Positions 22,601-36,400 of a stretch of 61,147 nucleotides of DNA are shown piece by piece. A model generated the notes under the pieces. The model did no database searches, had not been told where the DNA came from, and was given only the letters and a program-made list of their open reading frames with translations. Each line of letters begins with the position of its first letter. The first letter of the stretch is position 1. Source of the DNA: Nemertoderma westbladi (Eukaryota > Animalia > Xenacoelomorpha); the NCBI GenBank assembly GCA_032718475.1, contig JAUCBJ010001273.1:1-61147 (forward strand), in the 5' to 3' direction. The position numbers and the translations under genes were made by a program.

Positions 22601-25600
22601 TTAAATTAATTTACAAACCCACTAAAATTTATTTTGTGTTTGCGGTTATTTTGCGCCATTGACTCCTACCCGGTACAAGTAAAGGCCTATAACGATACTG
22701 AATTTTAGGGAACAGTTCCGTATGCAGTCGCATTTTATAACATAAATCATTGTTGTTACCATGGCAACATTGTAGAGTTCTAGAACGAAATATAATTATA
22801 CACTATTCTAGAACATAAATAAAATAAAAAATATAATGTTCTAGAACATATAGCTAGTCATTTTTCATATTTAAAATGGCTAGTAATTAAGGCTTGGGCT
22901 AGCTAGCTAAAATTATTTTATTATTTAAATTATTTATTATTATTTTAAAGTCTTGGCTTTTGTTTTGTTCTCACCCTTTGTTCAGACGTTATAAAAATAA
23001 ATTAAATTGATCTTCCATTCACATATGAACATATTTAACTGATTGAACTGTTAGCTACCGGTCCGGTAACTACTGAACTAAACTTTCAGTTTAGGATAAA
23101 TTTTACCTTATATTATTAAAGTGGCCACTTAGTTAAGTGCTCGTTATCTTTTTATGAGAAACAACACTTAACTTAAACTAAGTGGCCATTTAACAAAGTG
23201 GGCATTTAAAACTATTAAGTGGCCATTTTTGGATAAGTGGGCACTTAGTTTGAGAAACCGGACCTAAATGTATTTAAATTTATTATAAATTTAGTACATT
23301 TTATGTAAGAGTGTTAGATATTTAATTAATAATATTTTATTAATAATAATTCATATTATATTTGATATATTATTTAGATATTTCTACGATGCTATTCCTC
23401 TATTGAACACTGAAGATTCCATTTACTTTATGACCAAGTTTATCCAATCACAAAGCAGCGTGAACGACCAATGGTTCGCACCTAATCAAGACGTTTGGTT
23501 GACTACAATGTCATTCTTTAATAAGCCAACCAAAGAAATGATAATTAATTTACTTGTAAGTTTACATTGATTAGTGCAATTCCGGAGAAGAATAAAGTCA
23601 TCATTACAGAGTCTATTTTTTTCAGAACGTTTCTTTGTTTTAAATGTAATGAATATATTTTGTTTAGCCACTTGCGGAACCCACTCAGCCACTCAGCAAA
23701 CAGTCTACCCTGACCTTGGGTACCTGGATCCAGCGATACTGCCAGACAAACTCAAAGTGCCAAATCGACATTAAACCGGCGTTCAAACAACTTAGCGGAC
23801 AGCTCGGGAGTAACTGCTCCCCGCAGAACAACGCTGATTACAACGCAAAACTCACTGCCCTAAAAGCCTTCGGTAACGCTGGTCACGTGACAGTCATACT
23901 ACCAACACTGATGCAGGTTAGTTAAATAGGACCATATAGTTTCAACGAAATTTCTATATTATTTTATTTATTCTAATTTAAAAAGACAAAATAACTTCCG
24001 TTAGTTATCTTAAAATGATGTTTTAATTTGTTTTTATATAATATAAATATGCAGAGACTTTATTGTGTTTTTCCATTTAGTGCGCTGAAACTGAAAGTAA
24101 CCCGATGGAGATTCGACTGGCCTCCATAGAGGCTATGCGACGGATGCCGTGTCAGCAGGACGTCAGTACCGGTACGCTACCCAACATGGTCGTAAACGAT
24201 GAGATTGACTCGGAGTTGAGGATCGCCGCGTTTATACAACTAATGAGGTGCCCCACGGTGGCTGCGGTGAAAAAAGTAGAGGGACTTCTACGAACAAGGG
24301 AGGTCGATCAGGTGGGTAACTCTGTTACGAACAAGGGAGGTCGATCAGATGGGTAACTCTGTTACGAACAAGGGAGGTCGATCAGGTGGGTAACTCTGTT
24401 ACGAACAAGGGAGGTCGATCAGATGGGTAACTCTGTTACGAACAAGGGAGGTCGATCAGGTGGGTAACTATGTTACGAACAAGGGAGGTCGATCAGGTGG
24501 GTAACTCTGTTACGAACAGGGGAGATCGATCAGGTGGGTAACTCTGTTACGAACAAGGGAGGTCGATCAGGTGGGTAACTCTGTTACGAACAGGGGAGGT
24601 CGATCAGATGGGTAACTCTGTTACGAACAAGGGAGGTCGATCAGGTGGGTAACTCTGTTACGAACAAGGGAGGTCGATCAGGTGGGTAACTCTGTTACGA
24701 ACAGGGGAGATCGATCAGGTGGGTAACTCTGTTACGAACAAGGGAGGTCGATAATGTGGGGCGATGGCCATACAGCAGTCATTTTTACTACTATTACTAC
24801 AGCCACTACATGTTATATTACATTATTATATTACATTTTTTGTAGTATTAAACATTAATTAAATTTGTTTTAATTGTATTTTCAGGTCAGCAGTTTTGTG
24901 TGGACCTATTTCACTAACGCTCAGGTATCTAACGACCCCTGCAAGGCCAAGATCCAGGAACTATTGGCGGATCTCGAAATACGTCATCGATTCAGACCAG
25001 AAGTTCTCAAATATTCCAGGAATTTCCATTTCAACACTTTTAGTCGTAAGTTGGAAAAAAATAATATATATTTAGTTATAAAAGCGTATTATTGAATATG
25101 CATTATTAAAATTTTCAACCCGCTCTTTAGATGAAAAAATTTCAAAATTTAAGTTTGGTTTTGAAACAATTACTAATTTCTTCCTAATATTTATATTTCT
25201 CGTTTACGCTCGCTCGGCATATAACATACGTATAGGGGCCGCTGATGGGAAAAAACGCGCGTTGTTTTCCAAGTAATAAATACTTATTGTAGCATATAAC
25301 TTTTTAACTTGTTTTCACAGTATTATTTTGTAACTATATATCTTTCAATGTTATATTTTATCTTTATTTCTTTCAATATTGTGTTATACCTACCTGTTTA
25401 TCTTTCAGTAATATATTTCGTTATTATTTCTTTCAGTATTATATTATAACATTATTTTATAGAGTATTATATTATAACTTTATTTCTTTAGTATTTTGTA
25501 TTATAACTTTATTTTATTCATTAATATATTATAACCTTATGTTTTTCTGTACTATATTATAACTTTAAATCATTCAGTATTATATTATAACTTTATTTCT

Positions 25601-27408
25601 TTCAGTATTATATTATAACTTTAATTCTTTCAGTGTTGTTATATAATAACTTTATATCATTCAGTATTATATTCTAACTTTATTTCTTTCAGTATTATAT
25701 TATAAATTTATATCATTCAGTATTATATTATAACTTTACATCATTCAGTATTATATTGTAACTTTATTTCACACAGGACGTCTAAATGCCGGTGCTCATC
25801 TTGATTCCAACCTGATATTCAGCTCTAAATCCTGGTTACCACGGCAACTAAATACAAACTTTACGGTTGATATTTTTGGAAAATCTGTGAACATGTTTGA
25901 ACTCGGTACCAGGTAAAAATATTGTAATATTCGCTATTATTTAATACTATTTCCATTACATAATAATAAACAACATGAATAATAATATAATTACTATTTA
26001 ATATTAATTATTTTAAATAAGGCTTAAATATTTTTTAGCAGATTAGTTGAGAAGAATCAAGAAACAGTAACAATAAACCACATAAACAATAATTTAATTA
26101 CTGGCCTACCCCAGGTATAATATTCCAGTAATTTTGCATAAATCCTATTTTATTATATCTTTAACAGATTCGAAGGGTTTGAATTCATGCTGGAGAAATT
26201 CTTTGGACCCAGTGGATATTTCCCTGATAATAAATTATCGGAACTTCTTCGGGGCTCAACCGAGCAGATGGGAACCCGAGCCATGAAAGATCGACGTCTT
26301 AATGAAATACAGGAAGCGGTAAGTTTTAGATCAACTGGAAAATATATAAAATTTCACTGTCGCTCAAGGTAACTTAAAAATATAATAAATCCCAAGTTTT
26401 ACACGTTTCCGTTTTCCCACATCTGTAACAATATTCTGTTGTCTCTTTTTAGTACAACCTGAAACTCGATAAACCAAAGATCGGATTATCCGCCAAAGTG
26501 TTCGGTAATGAATTATTCTGGGAAGAGCTGACAGACTTTAACGGCGTATCAGATGCGAGTGTTCTAGAATATCTTATTAAGTTGGCACAGGTGAGATTAT
26601 TGTATTGTATGGAGATTTCTTAAAAATTGTCAAGCTATTATATTTATTAAAATTATTAAAATTAGTATCAGTAACCGTGTCCAACTAATCATTGTTTCTG
26701 CAGGTTGATGCTTCGCTTTATTAGGTTTCTTCGGTTATTTACAAAGTGAGATCGGCCATAGTTACATTCCATTATTTTTTAAAGATAAAGAAACAACCGA
26801 TTTAGTCGTTCACACGTCGTTAATAATCTATATTTTAGGGTCACGTCTTCAAATACAGCAAGGCTGGTAAATTTCTCGACGCAACATATACTCTTCCTAC
26901 CATCGCTGGTCTCCCGTTATCTATAAGCCTCAATGGTACCTACAACCTTAACATAGATCTCGATGGAAAGATTGACCTACGCAAATTGGCCATGACGGGA
27001 GAGTTTGATGTGGAAGGTCATATTAAACCTAGGTGAGTGTTTGTGTAATACATAGGACCAATATACATATTTCTTGGAACATTAAAAGGGAAAATATTGT
27101 TTTCATTAATACAACAACTTGAAGAAGTCAAAACAAATTATTTGTAGCTACACAACACAAGCTAATAAATTAAAATTGTAATATATTGTTTTAGCGCTGC
27201 GGTTGAGGTTGCTGCTGAAATGGGAATTGATGCCGGTCTAGGCCGTTCTGGAATTAAACTCACATCGGTTCTGCATTCATCAACCAATCTAGACGGTTTG
27301 GCTAAATATCTCGACGGAGATGTTCAATTCCAACTGAACGTCCCCCAAAATAAAATGGAATTTGTTACTGCAGAGAGTAAATTATTCATCATCTTTGATG
27401 ACACCGAA
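19680..27408 (+). CDS. LLTP exons 1-15: signal peptide, Vitellogenin_N/LLT domain and DUF1943 open beta-sheet
   Basis: NIKRGI, DVTGSC, KAFGNAG, IRLASIEAMRR, KYSRN, SNLIFSSKSWLPR, EKFFGPSGYF, KVFGNEL and LPTIAGLPL are characteristic apolipophorin/apoB-class motifs. Confidence 0.92.
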
Positions 27409-30400
27409 GTAAGTTTGCAAAAAAAGACGGTTTATGTTAGGTTAGATTGTAAATAACATTTTAACTTGTGTAAGTTTGTAAACAATACTTTGACTTGGTT
27501 TGTAAACAACATTTAAGTTGAGTAAGTTTATAAACAAACCTTTGATTTAAAAGTGTTAGTTTATAAACAAAGCTTTGATTTAAAAGTGTTAGTTTATAAA
27601 CAAAGCTTTGATTTGTGTAAGTTTATAAACAATACCTGTACTTTTACTTGTGTAAGTTTATAAACAATACCTGTACTTTTACTTGTGTAAGTTTATAAAC
27701 AATACTTTTACTTGTGTAAGTTTATAAACAATACTTTTACTTGTGTAAGTTTATAAACAATACTTTTACTTGTGTAAGTTTATAAACAATACTTTTACTT
27801 GTGTAAGTTTATAAACAATACTTTTACTTGTGTAAGTTTATAAACAATACTTTTACTTGTGTAAGTTTATAAACAATACTTTTACTTGTGTAAGTTTATA
27901 AACAATACTTTTACTTGTGTAAGTTTATAAACAATACTTTTACTTGTGTAAGTTTATAAACAATACTTTTACTTGTGTAAGTTTATAAACAATACTTTTA
28001 CTTGTGTAAGTTTATAAACAATACTTTTACTTGTGTAAGTTTATAAACAATACTTTTACTTGTGTAAGTTTATAAACAATACTTTTACTTGTGTAAGTTT
28101 ATAAACAATACTTTTACTTGTGTAAGTTTATAAACAATACTTTTACTTGTGTAAGTTTATAAACAATACTTTTACTTGTGTAAGTTTATAAACAATACTT
28201 TTACTTGTGTAAGTTTATAAACAATACTTTTACTTGTGTAAGTTTATAAACAATACTTTTACTTGTGTAAGTTTATAAACAATACTTTTACTTGTGTAAG
28301 TTTATAAACAATACTTTTACTTGTGTAAGTTTATAAACAATACTTTTACTTGTGTAAGTTTATAAACAATACTTTTACTTGTGTATGTTTTATTCGATAC
28401 TCCCAAACATTTAATTATAAAAGTCTCCTTTACCGGTTCTGATGAGGGCCAGAACCCTGAAACATATCAGTATAACGCCTATACAGCTATACGAGTCCAC
28501 CCAACTACATAATCTCATTCATTTATTATAAACAGGTTGAAGTCGAAGGTCCAACTGAGGACAGAACAGAATGGACTGGCTGTACTACTGAATTTCCTAA
28601 TAGACTTTATGGACAGAGAATGGGCGATTTGATTGGTTAGTTAAAAATATATTTAATATGTTGGGATATTCTTATTATGTTGTTAAACTACATTATCTTA
28701 AAAACTATTCATCATGACGGTATGGGAAAGCTTTTGTTTCACCGGAAGAAGAAATAAAAAACCTTTATAAATTAATTCCAAAATATTAATATTCAAACTA
28801 ATTTCCCCTCCCTCAATCCACGATAATTTTATAAACGTATCAACAGTTGTCTTATTGACGCAATAATTATTTATCCAGCCATACATGTTCGTTGTATAAA
28901 AAAAGTTGCACATTATTTTGTTATATTGCCAGGATTGAAAATGTGCGGTGAAATGTCCTACTCCAATGCGTCCAACATTATGGACAGTCCATTCTTCCCA
29001 CTTACTGGACCAAACAAAATGTCCTTCTGGATGGAAAAAACCGACCTCCAACTGACAAAATACGTCGCGAGATTTAAAATGGCATCGGAAAAGGTAAGAT
29101 TGACAACAAGATGCCTTACAATCTTAGATTCAGTTTTAGTTTATCCCAAACTTTATCTCAAATAAATATCTTCCCAACTTTTCCTGTGAGTTTCAAATTG
29201 TTTTTGTTTTAGGTTAGAAACAGCGACAACAAACTACGGAAACACTACAGTCTTCTGACTATGTTTGATACTCCGGGTGCAACTAAAGACCGCAAGATGG
29301 TTCTAGATACTTCATTGAATCTCGCCACTCAGAAATTCGATTTCAACATCAGATGTCCTCAAAAGAGTTACCAAATGACTGGAAGCATAGACAATACTGA
29401 CAGGTGATAATTAAATAGCCTAGAAAATACCAAAAGGGTTATATATTTGAAAAGCGTAGACAATACCGACAGGTTATAATTAAATTACACAGGCAATACA
29501 TGGAGGTGATAATTAAATAGTTATGAATATTATATACAAATTTATTAAGACTATCATATCTGGGGTGCAGTGGATCGTTTTATTAAACAAACTAAAATAG
29601 TTCAATAGAGAATATTATAGTCTTATATTTATAAGTAGGAAGTTTAATTTAGAATCTTTTAATATGTAATTTATTTTGTTTTATCTTTCAGTCTAATGAG
29701 GGTCTCTGCTGAAGCTACCATCGATAACGTCCAGAAACACGAGATTACTGCAGAACTCGCCACCAAAAATCTCGAATCCGGCGAGAGAATTTTCACTCCG
29801 AAGTTCCTTATCATGTTAAACAACAATAAAATGGTCGAGTTAAGCGGTGGAATTCGTCGCCACTTCAACCCTGGCGGTTTCTTTAAGCAAGATGTACAAC
29901 TGAAACTGGTTGCAATGTTTCTAGAGAATCCGATTACTTACAAATGTTAGTTGGTTTACTTTACAAATTAATGTTGGAAGGTGATAATGATGTCTCAAAC
30001 AACTCTTCCGTGATTAAGTGCTTTCGTGTTCACGGTATCTTACCAGAATGTTTAGGATAAGTGTCTGTATGTACGAATATTTATAATACTCATCTTCAGC
30101 AGGTTGAGCGGTGTCGCGTCAGTATTTATTCTGCGCACAAATTTCACTTTCAATTCCTGACAATATGATACTCACGCACATGCCGTACAATACATTGCAT
30201 ATGATTTATTTTCAGCTGTTAACAACATGCAATTTGTCATTGAAGACAAATCTACAGTATCAACCGGTACATCCTCGGAGGAGTTCGATGGATGGAGAGG
30301 AATTTCTGTCAAATCGACTCGGTCCAATAAGATTCGATTGAGTAGAGATTATGACTCATCGCCACTATCGCTGGATATGTTTGACTATAACAATAAAGTT

Positions 30401-33400
30401 ACTGTAACCACAGCAGATGGTGTTGTTAACAGTTTCGTAGTTACAACAAAGATCGACACAGTCACCGAACAGACTGGCAAAAAGGTTAGAGAAATATAAT
30501 ATATTATTGGCTAACTTTTACTCAATACCTCTTGCACTCACCCATAACATAAAGCAGAAGGTGTCAAGTACAATGCACACATCTCCAACCAGACACTATA
30601 TAACATTGGAGGTGTCTCATTGGTTCCCCCAAGCTTGACACTAGAACAAAATCGCCTCCGCTTTGCAGGACATTGCTTTCGCCGTGAGGACCAGCCAGTG
30701 CACAATCTTGTACTTTGGCAGCCTCATGGAGTGAATAAGCATGGTGGACAGCCCATGACTGTCTTGAGACACATCTTAAAGGACACTGGCCTTAAAGATG
30801 CGGACGATCTAGCAAATGTCATGGGTGATTGGGAGTTGTGGCGGTGCAATTTTGTTGACAAGCCGGCACAGCATTCTTAAAAATGCAGCTGCAATGCAGC
30901 ATGCCGATCCTAGTAGTAGAAGGTTTTTCATTCCACTCCATCTGGAATATGAACGTAATCATTATTGTAACCATATATAGAAAGTTGATACTATGGTAAC
31001 TATACGATGAGTATCGTTCATGATATAAGGAATTAGTTGTACCCATATAGAGCAGTCTTGTAAGAATTATATTTCAATAGATTATTTATATTTTTATTTA
31101 TTATGAAACGAAAGCATTTTTTTGGGTAATAGTATTTTTTTCTTCCTCTTAGTAAATGATATATTTCACAGCTTTCAAATATTGTAAGTTTATTTTTAAT
31201 TCCTCCAGTACACATATATTGGCGATCTTAGAAACACCTGGTATCCTGAGTTTAACCATCACTTGGAAGCGAATGTTCACAACTTGAATAAAGATATTGG
31301 AATATCGGCAACTTTGGACTACGGTTCCACTAATATCAATAAGGTTTGTTCTTTTCCTGTACGTGTGCAGTTTTATGTTTGAGCCTCACATGTGGTCGTT
31401 TAGGTTACATTTATAAAATATTGATAATATTCTAAGAAAAGTTTAAACAATCTTATGTACGAGTTTAGAGACAAGCGGGGGGACTGGACGCAAATCCCAT
31501 CTTGGCGAATTAATGTACCACCTCAATGTAAATCCTCAATTTAGGGAAAGGAGCGGGTTACAATGGTACGTTATTTTAAACAAAACAATAAATTAAACAC
31601 AATAGAACACGTTTGTGGGGCGTCGCGCAGCACGCGAACTTGAGTAAGTTCGAAACAAGTTCGATTTTATCTGGAGTCAAAAGTTTGAGAGGTATTTCGC
31701 CGTAACTTTCAAAAATATTGCAACGTTTTCTCTAGTATGTCAATACAAAATTTGGTTTAAAATGGTTAAAATCTTCAAAAGTTATTTACGAATGAAGTTT
31801 TCATTACAGATGGCCAGACAGACAGACGGACATGAAATTTTGCCCTATTTACTAATTATAATTGTGCGCTAAGGCTCGCCCTGACTGCGTGGCTCGCCCC
31901 ACAGGTTACAGTTTTATTTTTGAGTTTAATCAGCTGTTATTTGCGTGAATGTTTATGAATTTTTATTGCGTCCAGTCCCCCCCAACCCCCCCCCCCCCCC
32001 CCCCCCTCTCCCCCTATCTGTGAGTTTTATGTTATTCCCCACATGAGAACACAAAAAAGTCTTTCAGAATTATAGTACTGTAGTCTGCAGATGACAACCT
32101 AAAAACCAATTAAAGGCTGAAATGTTATATTATTATATATGACATTATTATTAAACGACATGGTATAAATGGTACAATTTACATGTGTTTGTATTTATGA
32201 TATTTGATATAGTTTAGTGATATTTTGTCGCATAAATATCTGGTGTTTGATGCTGAAAACCAGTTACTTTCTCTTGCCTAAGTCTATATGAGGGAACATC
32301 TTTTGTTACAGGTTTCATTGTCGGGAAATGTTGCAGAAAGTGTAGAAACACCAAACAGTTATTCTGTTTCTTTAGACGGAGCTTATAACGACAAACAAGT
32401 TATATACAAGGTAAGTATATCCTTGAAAAAATCATGTTAAGGGGGGTACACCATTTTGGTCCAAAATATGTTGAAAACTTTTTATGATCTAAAATAATGC
32501 ATGTTTAAATGGTGTTTCCAAATCTGAAAACCGCTATTTAATAGCTCTTTTAGTTTTCAAGTTATAACAATTTCCATTTATGGAGACCTATTGAAATTAC
32601 TATTACTATGTATAATGAAAGGTCGATTATCTCCAAATATTTTTTTTATGAAATTGTCAACTTCAAAACCCTACTACTTCTACAATTTTTGAGCAAATAG
32701 TGTGAAAATTTATGTGGGTGTCTACAGAGCCACCCTGCATAAAAGTATCAGACAAATTTTTGAAATTTGTTGTTAATACAATTTAATTTTATTTATAACA
32801 AACCTAAAATATTAGCATAAATTTGCAGCGCCATCTAGCGGTGCAGAATTATTTACACATAATTCCGCCTGATAGTTATGTTGCCCCATCTTTGCTCTAT
32901 CATACAAAAAAACTTTCATGTGATTAGATTCAAAACTGTAAAAGTCTTAGGGTTTTAAGCGCAACTAAGTTTTTTTTATTGTTAACTAGTATTAACTAAT
33001 ATTAAATAGCGACAAAAAATGTTTCTGTTCTGTCATGTAGAATAGCATCTTAGAACCAGCACCGTCTTAAAACCAAACAATGTTGAAATCGTAAGAGTGA
33101 TAAATCGAAAAGTTGTCCGAAAATTGTTACCCCCCCCCCCCCCCCCCCCCGCTGTTTCGAAAACTGTTTCTTGTAGGTGAAACTGACATATGTGTATTCG
33201 GTAATCTATTTCTCATTCTTATTTTATCTCAACTGTCAATTTTTGGTACGAATTTTAAATTATTTTTTAAATTGTACTTATTTTGGTGGTTTTAAATGGT
33301 ATTTGTTTTTAGATTATTTTATCGTATTTGTTTTTAGATTATTTTATCATTATTTTATCGTAAGTACTTATCTTGCTTGTTTTAAAACTAACTAACATCT

Positions 33401-36400
33401 CGGTTCCTAATTAATCATACGTAATATATTATATTTAATTTATTTTAATTACTTATCCAGCTGTTTCATATGTATTTAGATTGTCTATTAATTATATTTT
33501 TATCGGGGGGCAACCCCTTCATGGTGATGCAATATAATTTAATTCCTCGCCATACGTACTGTACAATATGTCGATTATTATCACTATGTAAATCCTTAAT
33601 AATAATAATAATAATATGTAGTGGTATATGAGAAACATTATATGTATGAAGTTAAATAACCTAGTGATTAAAATCAAGGTGATTTATTAGCAGTTGAATA
33701 TTAACTTGTGTTCAATTTAAAACCTTGTGTTTTGTTTCGAATTTTATATATTCAAAATAATATTTTACAGGGAAGTTTGGCGTACACTGCTAATCGTTTA
33801 TATCAAATCGAGTCTTCGCTCCAAATACCATGGAAATCGTTTGATTACAATGGAAAGACTGTGTTATTGATGGAACCAGATAGAAAGACATTGGATATGT
33901 TATCAGCAATAAACGGAAAGGAATACAAACTGTTATTGGACGGATCTTACAGACCAGATCGCCCATTACTTTTTGAATACGAACTTAAGATGCCATGTAT
34001 GTTTGTCAACTACCGAGGAAAAACAGTTGTGGAATACACAAAGAATTCTTTAGACACTACCATGATGGTTGATCTAAATGGAAGGGAATATAACCTGGTA
34101 ATTAAAGGGAAACATGACTTGGATGCCAAGAAGTGCACCATGGAATTTAAATATAACAACCCTAAGTGGGCAGTATCTGCCTCAACAAAGTTAGGGCCAG
34201 TAAATGGTGAGCTAAGTCCATATAATTTTATATTAGAAACCCAATCGGAATGGAATTCAGAGAGTTTCTTCAGCGCTATGGTGATGAACAACCACAAAAC
34301 GGACCCAAAGATAAGATCTCGTATTATGGAACAAGTTCTCAAAGTTAAAATACCCGGCTGGAAAAACTTACAAGTTAACATGAATACCAACGTACTTGGG
34401 AAATCATTCTATAATATGAAGTTGACAGAAAACACCCATGTCTATCTGACTCCTTATTCTGCAGAGGATATTAAGTCAACACCAATCATATCGATTGCAA
34501 ATGAATTTGAAACTGTGACGACACCTTCTTCAAAGACCAGACGTATAGATATAAATGTTGAACACCCATGGGGAGATACAGTTCGTGTGGCTGCTAATAG
34601 AGTTGTAAACAAAGGGTATGACTACTCAGCCCAGTTTGAATATGGTAACAAGGTTTGGTCTTCCCGAGTACTGGCCTTTAATAAAGTTGTTTCTTCTAAG
34701 AGAACCATTGATGTTGTTTTGCAATTAGAGACTCCATATATTCAACCAGTATCTTCTAAGTTTACCATGGAAACAACATCTAACCAATTCTCTTCTAATG
34801 CTAATATCAACTTTAATGGTAAAACCTCCTCTTATTCCATGAAGTTTACCAATTGCTCTAATAGTGATAAATATTGTCTATCGACAAATCTTGAATATAT
34901 CTGTCCAGCAAATAGAAAAATTACATATTCATGCCATCATGAAATGGACAGCAAAAAGTTTACAAACAAGATGAATTTCGCTTGGGGAGACAAATCGTCA
35001 GAGTTGATTGCAGATTTAACTAATTGTGGCTCATCTACAAAATCTTGCAGAGAAGCATTACTGAAACTAAAGCTCCCTAACACAAATGAAATGAGTCTAA
35101 CTGCCCACCACGAAAATGACAGAATTAACTGGTCTGATAATCTACTTATATCATATGGAAAAACATTATCTGTTCAAAACGAAATGAAAGATTGTTCTAG
35201 TGTTGGTAACACCTGTTTCACAATGAAATCTTTTATTGATCATCCTGATTACGATCGTGCTGATATTACTATTAAACACGAACTCAATCCTAGAACATCA
35301 AGCAATAATGTTATTGATGTGACGTGGAGCAAATCTGAACACCTGACTCTGATTTCTAACTACAAAAGATGCAGCAATGAATACCAATGTCATGAAATAT
35401 CATCTTCTATAAAGTCATCAATGTTCAGCCCACTTTCACTTATGGCAATTTCTGATCTAAAGCCCAATCTGATGAAGTTTGATGTTGAAGTCAACAATGC
35501 TGATATAAAGATTATAGCCAATGGTATGTACAATATCAAGAAGAATAAAGACGGCTTTAATCGTATTGTTTCTTTCACAACCAGTTCACCACTATATCAC
35601 CCAATAAATGTCAGGACATCAACTAGCCTGGATCGAAGCAATTACATTTTTGACAATGAAATGGAAGTGACATGGAGTCAAACTAGCCGAAAAATGATAA
35701 ATGTTCACATCAACAAATGCAATGGTGAGATCAACTGCTATGAGGGAAAGGTAGATGTTGAATGTTCAGAAACGAATCCTATTTTATTGACAACGAAAAT
35801 TAGCCCCAATGAAGCTAAATTTCAATTCAGACAATCCCAAACTTCTCTTACAGTAGAAATGGATGGCACATATTGCGAACAATATGATCAGCTTTTCTGT
35901 ACCACAAATATCGAGATGCGTTTCAGTGAACCAGGGACTCATGAAATTGAATTCGATGGTGCATTTGATATTAAAAACGGCTTTACTGTGAAAGGTGATT
36001 TATCATACAACAATGATAATCATGGATTTAACATTGATATTATTTTGCCAAAAAAGACCTGGTTTCCAGTTGTAGCTTCTGCAAAAATTAATTTACCATT
36101 TACTGAAGAAATTTATATGAAAGGTGAATGTAATGTTCATGGTCTTTATGATCTGAAGTTGCAAGGGTCTTGGGGAGCAGTTAGCACTGAGTTGGAAGGG
36201 TTGTACACACCTTGCACAGACTTTAATATTTGCGGTGATGTCAGTCTTGGCTTTCTACATTCAGAGATAGCACCAACACGAAAAGGACTCTCACTTAATT
36301 TGCGGGGTTCTAAAAAATATTTTGAATTTAATGCAGATATTGAAGATGCAGGTAATATGGAAAATAATAGTAAACTTTTGTTGATTAAACTTGAAAACTG

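Noticed and set aside
24289-28385. CRISPR-like appearance of the 37-bp and 29-bp repeats (also the 36-bp and 30-bp arrays)
   Set aside because: Head-to-tail repeats with no unique spacers, no cas genes and a eukaryotic intronic context.
32437-33600. Possible TTAA-flanked DNA transposon in intron 22
   Set aside because: The left end TTAAGGGGGGTACACC is suggestive, but I could not find a convincing matching terminus.
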